From positions 3,584,001 to 3,648,000 of the forward strand of contig OY970067.1 in the NCBI GenBank assembly GCA_963705305.1: a stretch of 64,000 nt of DNA. Reading direction: 5' to 3'. The position numbers and the translations under genes were made by a program. The stretch is from an uncultured Methylomirabilota bacterium. GTDB lineage: Bacteria > Methylomirabilota > Methylomirabilia > Methylomirabilales > 2-02-FULL-66-22. This document shows, one piece after another, positions 1 through 7,596 of the stretch; position 1 is the first letter of the stretch, and every line of letters begins with the position of its first letter. The notes beneath the pieces were generated by a model. That model was not told where the DNA came from and did not search any database. It was given only the letters and a program-made list of their open reading frames with translations.

Positions 1-405
1 GCGCCCGAGCTCCGTCGCCTCCTTCCGGCCAAGGCGCTTCACGCGCAGGGGAGCCTCGATAACGTTTTCGAGGGTGGTCATGTGGGGCCAGAGGTTGAAT
101 TGCTGGAAGACCATGCCCAGCTCGGCTCGCATTCGATGGATGTTGGCGGGCTTGTCCGGCATGCGCCGGCCATCCGGCCCGATGCGAAAGCCGATCGGCT
201 TCCCGTCGAGGTAGATCTCGCCGGAGGTCGGCTGCTCCAGGTGGTTCAGGCAGCGCAGGAGCATGCTCTTGCCGGATCCGCTGGCGCCGATGATCGTGAG
301 GACGGAGCCCTCTGGCACATCGAAGGTAATGCCGCGCAGCACCTCGAGCGGGCCGAACGATTTGCGTAACTCAACGACACGGATGATCGGGTCCACGCTC
401 GCCAT
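1..405 (-). CDS. Polar amino acid ABC transporter ATP-binding subunit (GlnQ/HisP-like), 3' end outside window
   Basis: Not in the ORF track. Manual translation from ATG at 405 gives MASVDPIIRVVELRKSFGPLEVLRGITFDV..., with Walker A GASGSGKS, then LRCLNHLE and GMVFQQFNLWPHMTTLENVIEAP. Confidence 0.9.
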   Translation of the reverse strand, partial: MASVDPIIRVVELRKSFGPLEVLRGITFDVPEGSVLTIIGASGSGKSMLLRCLNHLEQPTSGEIYLDGKPIGFRIGPDGRRMPDKPANIHRMRAELGMVFQQFNLWPHMTTLENVIEAPLRVKRLGRKEATELGR

Positions 406-672
406 TCAGGAGGTGAGAGGATGATCGGCGGTAGGTCTCTGGGTTTCGACGATGCCGTGTGTCCGCCCAGCCAGCCGTGGTGGAACTTCTCGGAGCGACA
501 CCCGACGTTCGATCTCGGCCCCCTGCCCTTAAACCCATGAAAAGGTTACCCTTCTCGCGGATCGGTGTCAAGGCCGAGAATCGGGCTCCCGGCCGGGGCA
601 TTCCCCGGCGCGCGGGCGGGGGACGGCCGGGCATTCTCGGCTCCGGCGTTCCTGGAACGGGGGTGATTGGGA

Positions 673-701
673 TTGACACCACGCGCATCCCCCGATACGC
701 T
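673..701 (+). promoter_or_regulatory. Candidate sigma70 promoter
   Basis: TTGACA (673-678), a 17-nt spacer, then TACGCT (696-701), about 60 nt upstream of the ATG at 759. Confidence 0.45.
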
Positions 702-758
702 CCCGTCCAGAACCAGGGGGTGAAGGAGTCAGGGTGAAATGTGCGCTCGGAGGTGAGC

Positions 759-1796
759 ATGGGTACCGAGTTCTCTCGCCGCATCTTTCTGAAGACCACT
801 GCGCTGGCGGTTGGCGGCGCAGCCGTCCCCGAGGTGCCGGTGCGCGCCCAGCAGCCGGTTCGCGATATGGCGCAGGGCGCCCCCGCTTCCCGGCCGCCGG
901 AGCGGGACATCGAATTCCGGACGGTGGGAATCATGAGTCCGGGCGATATGGGCTCGGCCGTAGGCCAGACATTGGCCGCGCACGGCTTGAGGGTCATTGC
1001 GGCGCTGGGGGAGCGCAGCGCCCGCACGCGCGCGCTGGCCGCCGAGGCCGGCATCGCCGACGTGGGCACGCTGGAGACCCTCGTGCGCGAGGCCGATCTG
1101 GTGATGTCCATCCTGGTGCCGGACGCGGCGGTGGAGGCGGCGCGGCGTGTGGCCGAAGCCATGAAGAGCGCAGGGGCCACCCCCCTGTATGCGGATTGCA
1201 ATTCCATCGCCGTTCAATCCTCCCGGACGATTGGCGAGATTATGCATGCCATCGGGGCGCCCTATGCCGAAGCCTCGATCATCGGCGCGCCGCCGCGCGT
1301 GCCGAACAAGACCCGCATCTATACCTCGGGCCCCCATGCGCAAGAGTTCGCCCAGCTGAACCGGTTCGGGCTGGATGTGCGCGTCATCGGGCCGGAGGAG
1401 GGCAAGGCCAAAGCCATCAAGATCTGCTATTCCACCGTCACCAAGGGCACCCAGGCGCTCTGCACGGAATCGCTCGTCTCGGCAAAGCGGCTGGGCGTGT
1501 TCGGCGTATTGATGACCGAGCTCGAAACCAGCCAGCAGGGCCTGCTCGCGTTTGCGCAGAGTGGCCTCCAGCAGATGCCCCCCAAGGCCCATCGCTGGGT
1601 CGGCGAGATGCACGAACTCGCCGCAACCTATCAGGATTTGGGCCTCACCCCCCGGATGCTGGCTGGAGCCGCGGACATGTATCGGGACGTGAGCCAGACA
1701 GCGCTGGGCCGGGAGTCTCCCGAAGGCCAGCGCCAAATGCACCGCTCTTTCGATGAGTTCATCGCCATGCTCGAGCGAGACATGCCGCACCGCTGA
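759..1796 (+). CDS. NAD(P)-dependent oxidoreductase (6PGD/3-hydroxyisobutyrate DH-like, DUF1932-type C-terminus) with twin-arginine leader
   Basis: GGAGGTGA RBS before ATG 759; FSRRIFLK plus hydrophobic stretch; Rossmann motif VGIMSPGDMG; AKAIKICYS and KAHRWVGEMHE motifs. Confidence 0.8.
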   Translation: MGTEFSRRIFLKTTALAVGGAAVPEVPVRAQQPVRDMAQGAPASRPPERDIEFRTVGIMSPGDMGSAVGQTLAAHGLRVIAALGERSARTRALAAEAGIADVGTLETLVREADLVMSILVPDAAVEAARRVAEAMKSAGATPLYADCNSIAVQSSRTIGEIMHAIGAPYAEASIIGAPPRVPNKTRIYTSGPHAQEFAQLNRFGLDVRVIGPEEGKAKAIKICYSTVTKGTQALCTESLVSAKRLGVFGVLMTELETSQQGLLAFAQSGLQQMPPKAHRWVGEMHELAATYQDLGLTPRMLAGAADMYRDVSQTALGRESPEGQRQMHRSFDEFIAMLERDMPHR

Positions 1797-1948
1797 CGTT
1801 CCGGCGGCCCGTTACCCCGGCCTGTTGGTGCCCGGCCCTGCGGCGGCGATTCGCTCGTGAATCACATTGACGGCGCTGCGCGACCGTGCTAGGAAACAGG
1901 CCTCCGGCTTCGGGGCTGCGCAGTCGAAAGGCGACGGAGGCTCAGGGC

Positions 1949-2773
1949 ATGACCATCGTGGCGATTTCCCGGGAGATGGGGAGCGGGGGCTACGAGATCG
2001 GCGCCGCCGTCGCGAAGGCGCTGCACTTCGAGTACGTGGATCGGCAGATCCTCCTGCAGGCCGCGCAGACCTACGGGGTGCCGGAGGCCAAGCTAGTCGA
2101 CGCGGTGGCGCGCCGGTTCTCAGTCTGGGAGCGCGTGGATGCCGAGCGGCGCTGTTACCTCACCTTCATGGAGGCGGCCTACTTCGCCTTTGCAGAGCGG
2201 GGGAATCTGGTCACGGCTAGTCGCAGCGGCCCGTTCTTCGTCCGGGACGTCAGCCACGCCTTCAAAGTGCGAATCACGGCCCCTGTCGAGGTGCGCGTGC
2301 AGCGGATCATGGGGCAGGAGCGGCTGGACCACAAGGCCGCCACGGCCAAGGTGCGCGCCTATGATCGGGAGATGGCCGGGCGCATCGACTACCTATTTGG
2401 AGTGGACTGGACGCTTCCCGAGAACTACGACCTGGTGCTCAACACCCGCGACGGCGCCTGGGACTTCTACACCGACTTCCTGGCGACGGCGGCCCGCCAT
2501 CCGCGGTACCAGCCCACGCTGGACTCACTGCAGCGGATCAGCGACCTCAGCCTGGCGGCGCGGGCGCGCGCGGCCATCGCCGCAGATCCGGAAACCCAGG
2601 ATCTCACGGTCAAGGTGACCGCCCGGACCGGCCACGTGGTGCTGCAAGCCGTCGTGTTCAGTCCGGCCGAGCTCGAGACGGCCGCTGCGGTGGCGAAGCG
2701 GGTGCCGGGGGTGGCGGCCGTCTCCTGCGAGGGGGAGGCGGTTCCCCGGGTGTACCCGGGTCCGATCATGTAA
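1949..2773 (+). CDS. Cytidylate kinase-like family protein with C-terminal BON domain
   Basis: GGAGG RBS; N-terminal IVAISREMGSGG P-loop variant; PENYDLVLN motif; C-terminal SDLSLAARARAAI...GHVVLQ...AKRVPGV resembles BON. Confidence 0.8.
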   Translation: MTIVAISREMGSGGYEIGAAVAKALHFEYVDRQILLQAAQTYGVPEAKLVDAVARRFSVWERVDAERRCYLTFMEAAYFAFAERGNLVTASRSGPFFVRDVSHAFKVRITAPVEVRVQRIMGQERLDHKAATAKVRAYDREMAGRIDYLFGVDWTLPENYDLVLNTRDGAWDFYTDFLATAARHPRYQPTLDSLQRISDLSLAARARAAIAADPETQDLTVKVTARTGHVVLQAVVFSPAELETAAAVAKRVPGVAAVSCEGEAVPRVYPGPIM

Positions 2774-3068
2774 CCCAGACCGGGGCAGCGCCGCGGCGGA
2801 AGGCGCACCGGACGCCGCCAGCATTCCGTCGGTGATAGTCATCCAGGAATCCGACGGCCGCGGTCCGCGCATGCCGGCGCAGGCGCAGGCTGGCCCAACG
2901 ATTCTGATCGGGATAGAGCGGGTGGATGACGCAGTCTGCAGGGCCCCGTGACGGGGAAAGTCGAAGGGATATCGCGACCAGAGTTCGCATCGCCCGGGCA
3001 CCCGGCGCCCCCGAGGGAGACCCGGCGCCGGACCGGGCCGCCGCGTCGCGGCGGCGCGGACCGAGGCC

Positions 3069-4211
3069 GTGGTGAGGTCAACCGGGCCCCATCGTTTTCA
3101 TGCCGCCCTGCGGGTGACGAACGCCGCCAGCTTCCTCTTCAACTCTTCGAGCGCGCTCTTCCTCCTGTTCCCCGTCTACCTCCAGCGGCTGGGCGGGTCC
3201 CCCGCGCAGATTGGCCTGGTGGCTGGCCTCCTGCGGGCCGGCTCGCTGATCGCCCGCCCGGTGGGGGGCCGGCTGCTGGATCGCATCGGCCGGCGCCTGG
3301 TGATCGGGGCGGGGACGCTCCTGGCGCTTCTGGGCATCCTGTCCCTGTTCATGTTCCCGCGCCTCGGCGCGATCTTTTTTGCCTGGCGCGTCCTGCAAGG
3401 GATGGGAACCTCCTGCATCGACTCCGGCCTGGGCGCTGTGGTAGCGGACCTGAGTCCGCCGGGAGCGCGTGTCCAGGTGTACGCCTTCTACACCGTCTCC
3501 ATCAACCTGGCATCTGCCCTCATGCCCGGCCTGGGGGAGGCCATCGTCCGCCGGGCCGGCTTCTTCCCGTTGTTCGGTGTCGCCGGTCTCGCGCTGGCCG
3601 CATGCTTCTTCCTGGTCCTGCGGCTGCCGGAAACGGCCCGGCCGCACGCCGAGCGGCCGGTGTCCCACCAGGGGATCCTGCCCGAGTCGGGTCCGCTCCT
3701 GCTGGGGAGCGTGCTGATCGGCTGGGGCTTCGGCACGCTGTCGACGTTCGTCCCCGTGGTGCGGATCGCCGCCGCGCCGGGGCGGGTCGGCCTGTTCTTC
3801 TTCGCCTACTTCGTCGGGCTGGTGGTGGTGCGCCTGGCAGGGGGGCTCGGGATGAGCCGACTGGTGCAGCCGGCGATGCTCTTGCCCGCGTACGGGGTCT
3901 TGGCCGCCGGCCTGGCGGCGCTGCCGCTCGGCCGCGGGGTGTTCCGCCTGATTCTGGTCGGCCTCGTCTGCGGCGCGGCGCACGGGGTCGTCATGCCGGT
4001 GCTGTTTGCCCTCCTGTTGATCGGCCTGTCGCGCGATCGTCGCGGGTGGGCCGTGGCGCTCTTCTCGGCGGCCTACGACCTGGGCGTGGTCCTGGCTTCC
4101 GTGGGCTTGGGTGCGATCGCGGAGTGGATCGGCTATCGCGGCATCTTCGGGGTCGCGGCGGCCGTTCTGATCCTGGGGGCGGGCGCGGCCCACATGTGGG
4201 GACACCGATGA
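3069..4211 (+). CDS. MFS transporter
   Basis: About 12 hydrophobic segments and MFS motif A (GGRLLDRIGRR). Confidence 0.85.
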   Translation: MVRSTGPHRFHAALRVTNAASFLFNSSSALFLLFPVYLQRLGGSPAQIGLVAGLLRAGSLIARPVGGRLLDRIGRRLVIGAGTLLALLGILSLFMFPRLGAIFFAWRVLQGMGTSCIDSGLGAVVADLSPPGARVQVYAFYTVSINLASALMPGLGEAIVRRAGFFPLFGVAGLALAACFFLVLRLPETARPHAERPVSHQGILPESGPLLLGSVLIGWGFGTLSTFVPVVRIAAAPGRVGLFFFAYFVGLVVVRLAGGLGMSRLVQPAMLLPAYGVLAAGLAALPLGRGVFRLILVGLVCGAAHGVVMPVLFALLLIGLSRDRRGWAVALFSAAYDLGVVLASVGLGAIAEWIGYRGIFGVAAAVLILGAGAAHMWGHR

Positions 4212-4313
4212 GGGCCATGCGGGATCGCCAGCCGAGGCGGCCTACCGGCTGACCTTCTAGAACGGGACCGGCATCGTGGTCCAGGGCTACGACGATCTCG
4301 GCGACGCCGTTCG

Positions 4314-4692
4314 CTACCCGGGGTATGGCGGGATGGTCACCATCTCCCTGGTCAGCGAGGCCTGCCCCGTGGCGGCCCAACTCAAGATGGTGTGACCGGC
4401 CCAGGGGTAGGCATCGCCCTTGAGGCGGTTGGTCGTCCATTGGAGCGGCTGCAAGTTCACGAGGTCATCGGTCCCGCCCAGAGCTACCGGCCGGATGTGG
4501 TCGATCTCCCAACCGAGCTGGGACGAGGTGTCCCCGTACCGGAGGAGCGAGATGATCTCGCCGCAGCTGTCCTCGCAAAAAAAAGCGGTAGCCGTGCCGC
4601 TCGGAGATCGGACGGCCTTTCTGCCATACCTGCTCGATCAGGTCCTCGGCAAAGGGTCGGCCCTGGCAGTCGGTGTTGAAGGCGCGTCTCAT
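4314..4692 (-). pseudogene. Small HNH endonuclease, frameshifted at a T8 run
   Basis: GGAGGAG RBS and ATG at 4692. Frame 1 reads MRRAFNTDCQGRPFAEDLIEQVWQKG...YRFF. Removing one T from the run at 4577-4584 gives CEDSCGEIISLLRYGDTSSQLGWEIDHIRPVALGGTDDLVNLQPLQWTTNRLKGD to TAG at 4314. Confidence 0.85.
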
Positions 4693-4745
4693 GCTCCTCC
4701 CCGCTCTTTCGCTCATCGTGCTCCCGCCTCGGCCACGGTTGCCCT

Positions 4746-5024
4746 TTAGAGTGCCGGGCTGTTCCGCTCGAAGGACGTCGCCAGGATCCGGCGCAGCTGG
4801 GCCACGGCGGCCTCGTCGGGAATCGCGCGCACAATCACCCGGACCGTGAACCCGCAATGCCGGCAGCGCTTGTACCGGTAGACCCATCGTACAGTGTCGT
4901 GCGACGTCCCGATTTCTTCCATGTCCGAATAGCAGCAGGGCTTGGGCCGGGCGGGGGAGATGATACGCCTCGGGTACAGGTTCTGGGGTTTCTTCCGATC
5001 CGTGTACTCGACGATCGTGGCCAT
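4746..5024 (-). CDS. 92-aa Cys-rich hypothetical protein (CC-x22-CxxC, putative Zn ribbon), copy A
   Basis: Ungapped paralog at 15849-16127 with 59/92 identical residues by manual alignment, which supports real coding status. Confidence 0.85.
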   Translation of the reverse strand: MATIVEYTDRKKPQNLYPRRIISPARPKPCCYSDMEEIGTSHDTVRWVYRYKRCRHCGFTVRVIVRAIPDEAAVAQLRRILATSFERNSPAL

Positions 5025-5151
5025 GGGCTGCCCCCGATATGGATGGTGCGAGTGAACTCGTTGCCTGAAACCTAGCCGTGCGCTGGGCGGTCGCCGGGCC
5101 TGCTCGGCGTCCGGGAAGAGCCGCAGCCTTGGACCCCACCGTCGGGGCCGC

Positions 5152-5625
5152 TCACCCGGCCTCCGCCCCTGTTCCGCTCTGTGGCAGGTCCCGTTCCGCC
5201 TCGCGTCCCCGTCGCCGGGGGAGATTGGAGTTCTCGGCGGCGGCGCGGTCCCGCGTCAGCAGGCCAATCACCCCCTGCAGCTCGGCCAGCGCGCACGGCT
5301 TCCCCAGGATCGCGTCCACGGATGTGCGTTCCAGCTGGTCGGGTGGAATGGTCTGCGCGGCCCCGGTCACGAGGACCACCGGAAGGTGCGGATGCATGGC
5401 TTTCGCGAGCCGGGCCACATCCCACCCCGTGACCCCCGGCATCTCGAGGTCCGTCATCACCAGGTCCACCGGCTGCTGCCGGAGGAGCGCGAGCCCGGTG
5501 GGACCGCTCTCAGCCTCGGCCACCGTGTGGCCGAGGAATCGGAGCAGGTATCCGATGGTGCTGCGGTAGGAGGGGTCGTCGTCGATGACAAGGAGGCGTC
5601 GGGGCGTCGGTCTGGCCTCTCTCAT
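5152..5625 (-). CDS. Single-domain response regulator (receiver)
   Basis: GGAGG RBS before ATG 5625; receiver motifs LLVIDDD, VMTDLEMPG, VTG and GKP. Confidence 0.85.
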   Translation of the reverse strand: MREARPTPRRLLVIDDDPSYRSTIGYLLRFLGHTVAEAESGPTGLALLRQQPVDLVMTDLEMPGVTGWDVARLAKAMHPHLPVVLVTGAAQTIPPDQLERTSVDAILGKPCALAELQGVIGLLTRDRAAAENSNLPRRRGREAERDLPQSGTGAEAG

Positions 5626-6035
5626 GGCGTCCTCCGTTGCGGGGCTCGGGGCGGAGCTTTTCTGGGGACACGATTCCGCTGACACGTCCGGGCCGCCGGG
5701 ACGGGGAAGCGCGCCCCGCGGGACCGCGCCGGTCGCCGGCGGGCTCGGTGCTTCTTAGCGGCTTTCGGCGCTAGCGCTCCTCCTGATCCGGGTGGCCAGC
5801 CTTCCGAATGCCTTGATTCTGTCCTGTCTGCGTTCAGTGGGGAGGAGGAGATCGCCCCTTCTGGCCCTAGGGGAAGCCCCCCTTTGGCCACGACCTCCCT
5901 ACGTTCCGTGCGTCTTCGACAGAAGCAACTGCTCAGCTGTCTTGCGCGCGAGGAGGTGTCCTAGATCCCCATGGCAGGGGAGAGTCTGGACGAGATCGGA
6001 ACAAAGGGAGAATACCCAGTGCGGGATGGGGTGTC

Positions 6036-6051
6036 TGTTCAATTTTGCACA
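6036..6051. promoter_or_regulatory. Candidate Crp-family operator
   Basis: TGTTC-N6-GCACA imperfect palindrome with CRP-box geometry, between the Crp gene stop and the downstream receiver gene. Confidence 0.35.
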
Positions 6052-6103
6052 CATTCGGGGAGAATCGGAGGAGGGACCGCCCGGCGGCGGGCTGTGGCGG
6101 CCG

Positions 6104-6811
6104 TCAGTCGTGCAGGATGACGTTCAGGAGCCCGCTGTGGACCTCCAGCCCGCCGTTGTAGTCGATGAACCCCAGCTTGCGGAACTTGTTCATGAAGGCG
6201 CTGACCCGTGCGCGGGTGGTGCCGATCATGTCCGCGAGAGTCTCCTGGCTGACCTGCGGCAGGATCGTCTCCGGCCGCCCCTCCTTGCCGAAATTGGCCA
6301 GCAGGAGCAGCGCCCGCGCCAGCCGCTTCTCCGCCGAATTGAACAGCTGGTCCACCAGATCCTCTTCAATGCGGACGTTGCGGGCGAGCAGGTGGGTGAT
6401 GAACCGGGCGGCGAAGGCGGGCTCGGTGTGGAGCACCTGCACCATGGCCGCCTTCTCGATCCGCAGGATGGCGCAGGGCGTCAGCGTGGTGGCGGTCGCC
6501 ATCCGCAGCGGCTGCACGACCAGGCAGCCCTCCCCGAAGAAGGCGCCTTCGTCCAGCAGGGCCACGACCGCCTCCTTGCCGTGCCGGGAGACGACCGTCA
6601 GCTTGATTTTCCCCTTCTGGAGGAAGAACACGGCATCCGCCGCATCCCCTTGCGCAAAGACGACCTCGTTCTTGCGGTACTCGAGGCTCGTGCGGCCCTC
6701 CCCGACCCTGGCCAGGAAGGCCGCCGGATCGAACGGCCCGGGGGTCGGCGTCGGCCCCCGGCCCCGGGCGCGCTGCGGGGTTCGGCCCGTCGGCTTCGTC
6801 TGGGGACTCAT
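6104..6811 (-). CDS. Crp/Fnr family transcriptional regulator
   Basis: cNMP-binding domain (VFAQGDAADAVFFL, FFGEGCL) and HTH (SQETLADMIGTTRARVSAFMNKFRKLGFI). No FNR-type N-terminal Cys cluster. Confidence 0.92.
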   Translation of the reverse strand: MSPQTKPTGRTPQRARGRGPTPTPGPFDPAAFLARVGEGRTSLEYRKNEVVFAQGDAADAVFFLQKGKIKLTVVSRHGKEAVVALLDEGAFFGEGCLVVQPLRMATATTLTPCAILRIEKAAMVQVLHTEPAFAARFITHLLARNVRIEEDLVDQLFNSAEKRLARALLLLANFGKEGRPETILPQVSQETLADMIGTTRARVSAFMNKFRKLGFIDYNGGLEVHSGLLNVILHD

Positions 6812-7010
6812 GAGACGCCTCCCGCGCCCGACCCGGAGACCGGCGGGTGTTGTCTCGCCTCCAGCTCCTCCGCGCGGTGCCGGCCGGATAGATGCAACAA
6901 GGAATCGGGTCGCCCATGCCACCCGCCACCGGCGACAGAAGGGGAGCGTTGCAAAAAAAATCCTACCGAAGGCAGGGGCCGCCTGTCAAGCGGATTCACC
7001 GGCGCTGGTC

Positions 7011-7371
7011 TGTAGAGTAAACAGACATGGGTGACACTTCTTGGACCCTGCGGTAGAACAGGGTTGCCCAACCAGGAAGGAGGTCACCCATGTCGATGCC
7101 GATTCTCACCCCAGAGCAGCAGATCCGTCAACGGTACGCCTGGTTCGAGGAGGCCGAACGGGTGGGGAATATGAGCCTCGCCTGTAAACGCCTCGGGATC
7201 GCGCGGAAGACCTACTACAAGTGGCGCAGCCGCTTCGCTGAAGCCCGGGGCGATCGGCGGGCCCTCCTGGACCGCTCCCGCCGCCCCCATCGGCCCCGGC
7301 ACCGCTTCGGACGGTTCCCCGCAACGTCTCCGCTGAGAATATGTTGTCACGGCATGTCTAAGCCACTTACA
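7011..7371 (+). mobile_element. Internally deleted IS481-family element (361 bp, both ends retained)
   Basis: TGT...ACA termini. Left end TGTAGAGTAAACAGACATGGGTGACA versus right-end reverse complement TGTAAGTGGCTTAGACATGCCGTGACA. Internal ORF from 7090 is an IS481-type N-terminal HTH (ACKRLGIARKTYYKW, LLDRSRRPH) with no DDE domain. Confidence 0.8.
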
Positions 7372-7596
7372 ATAACATAATGGTAACCTCGCGTGATCCA
7401 GTGAGGAGGGGGCGATCTTTCTTCGCGTGTCCCAGCGCCCGGAAACTCCTGCGAATCGGGAGGAGGCCCGGGACAGGAGCCGAACTTTGGCGTGGGATAT
7501 TCTCCATGCAAATCGTGAGAACAGCCGGGCCGCGGGCGGGAGCCGTCCGCACCCAGGGCGCCCAGCCGGTTGAGCACAGGGAAAGGGAGAAGGGCA

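Noticed and set aside
5622..5891. 89-aa minus-strand ORF with a GGGAGG RBS between Crp and the receiver gene
   Set aside because: Low-complexity Arg/Pro-rich sequence with no motif; it cannot be supported as coding, though it is not excluded.
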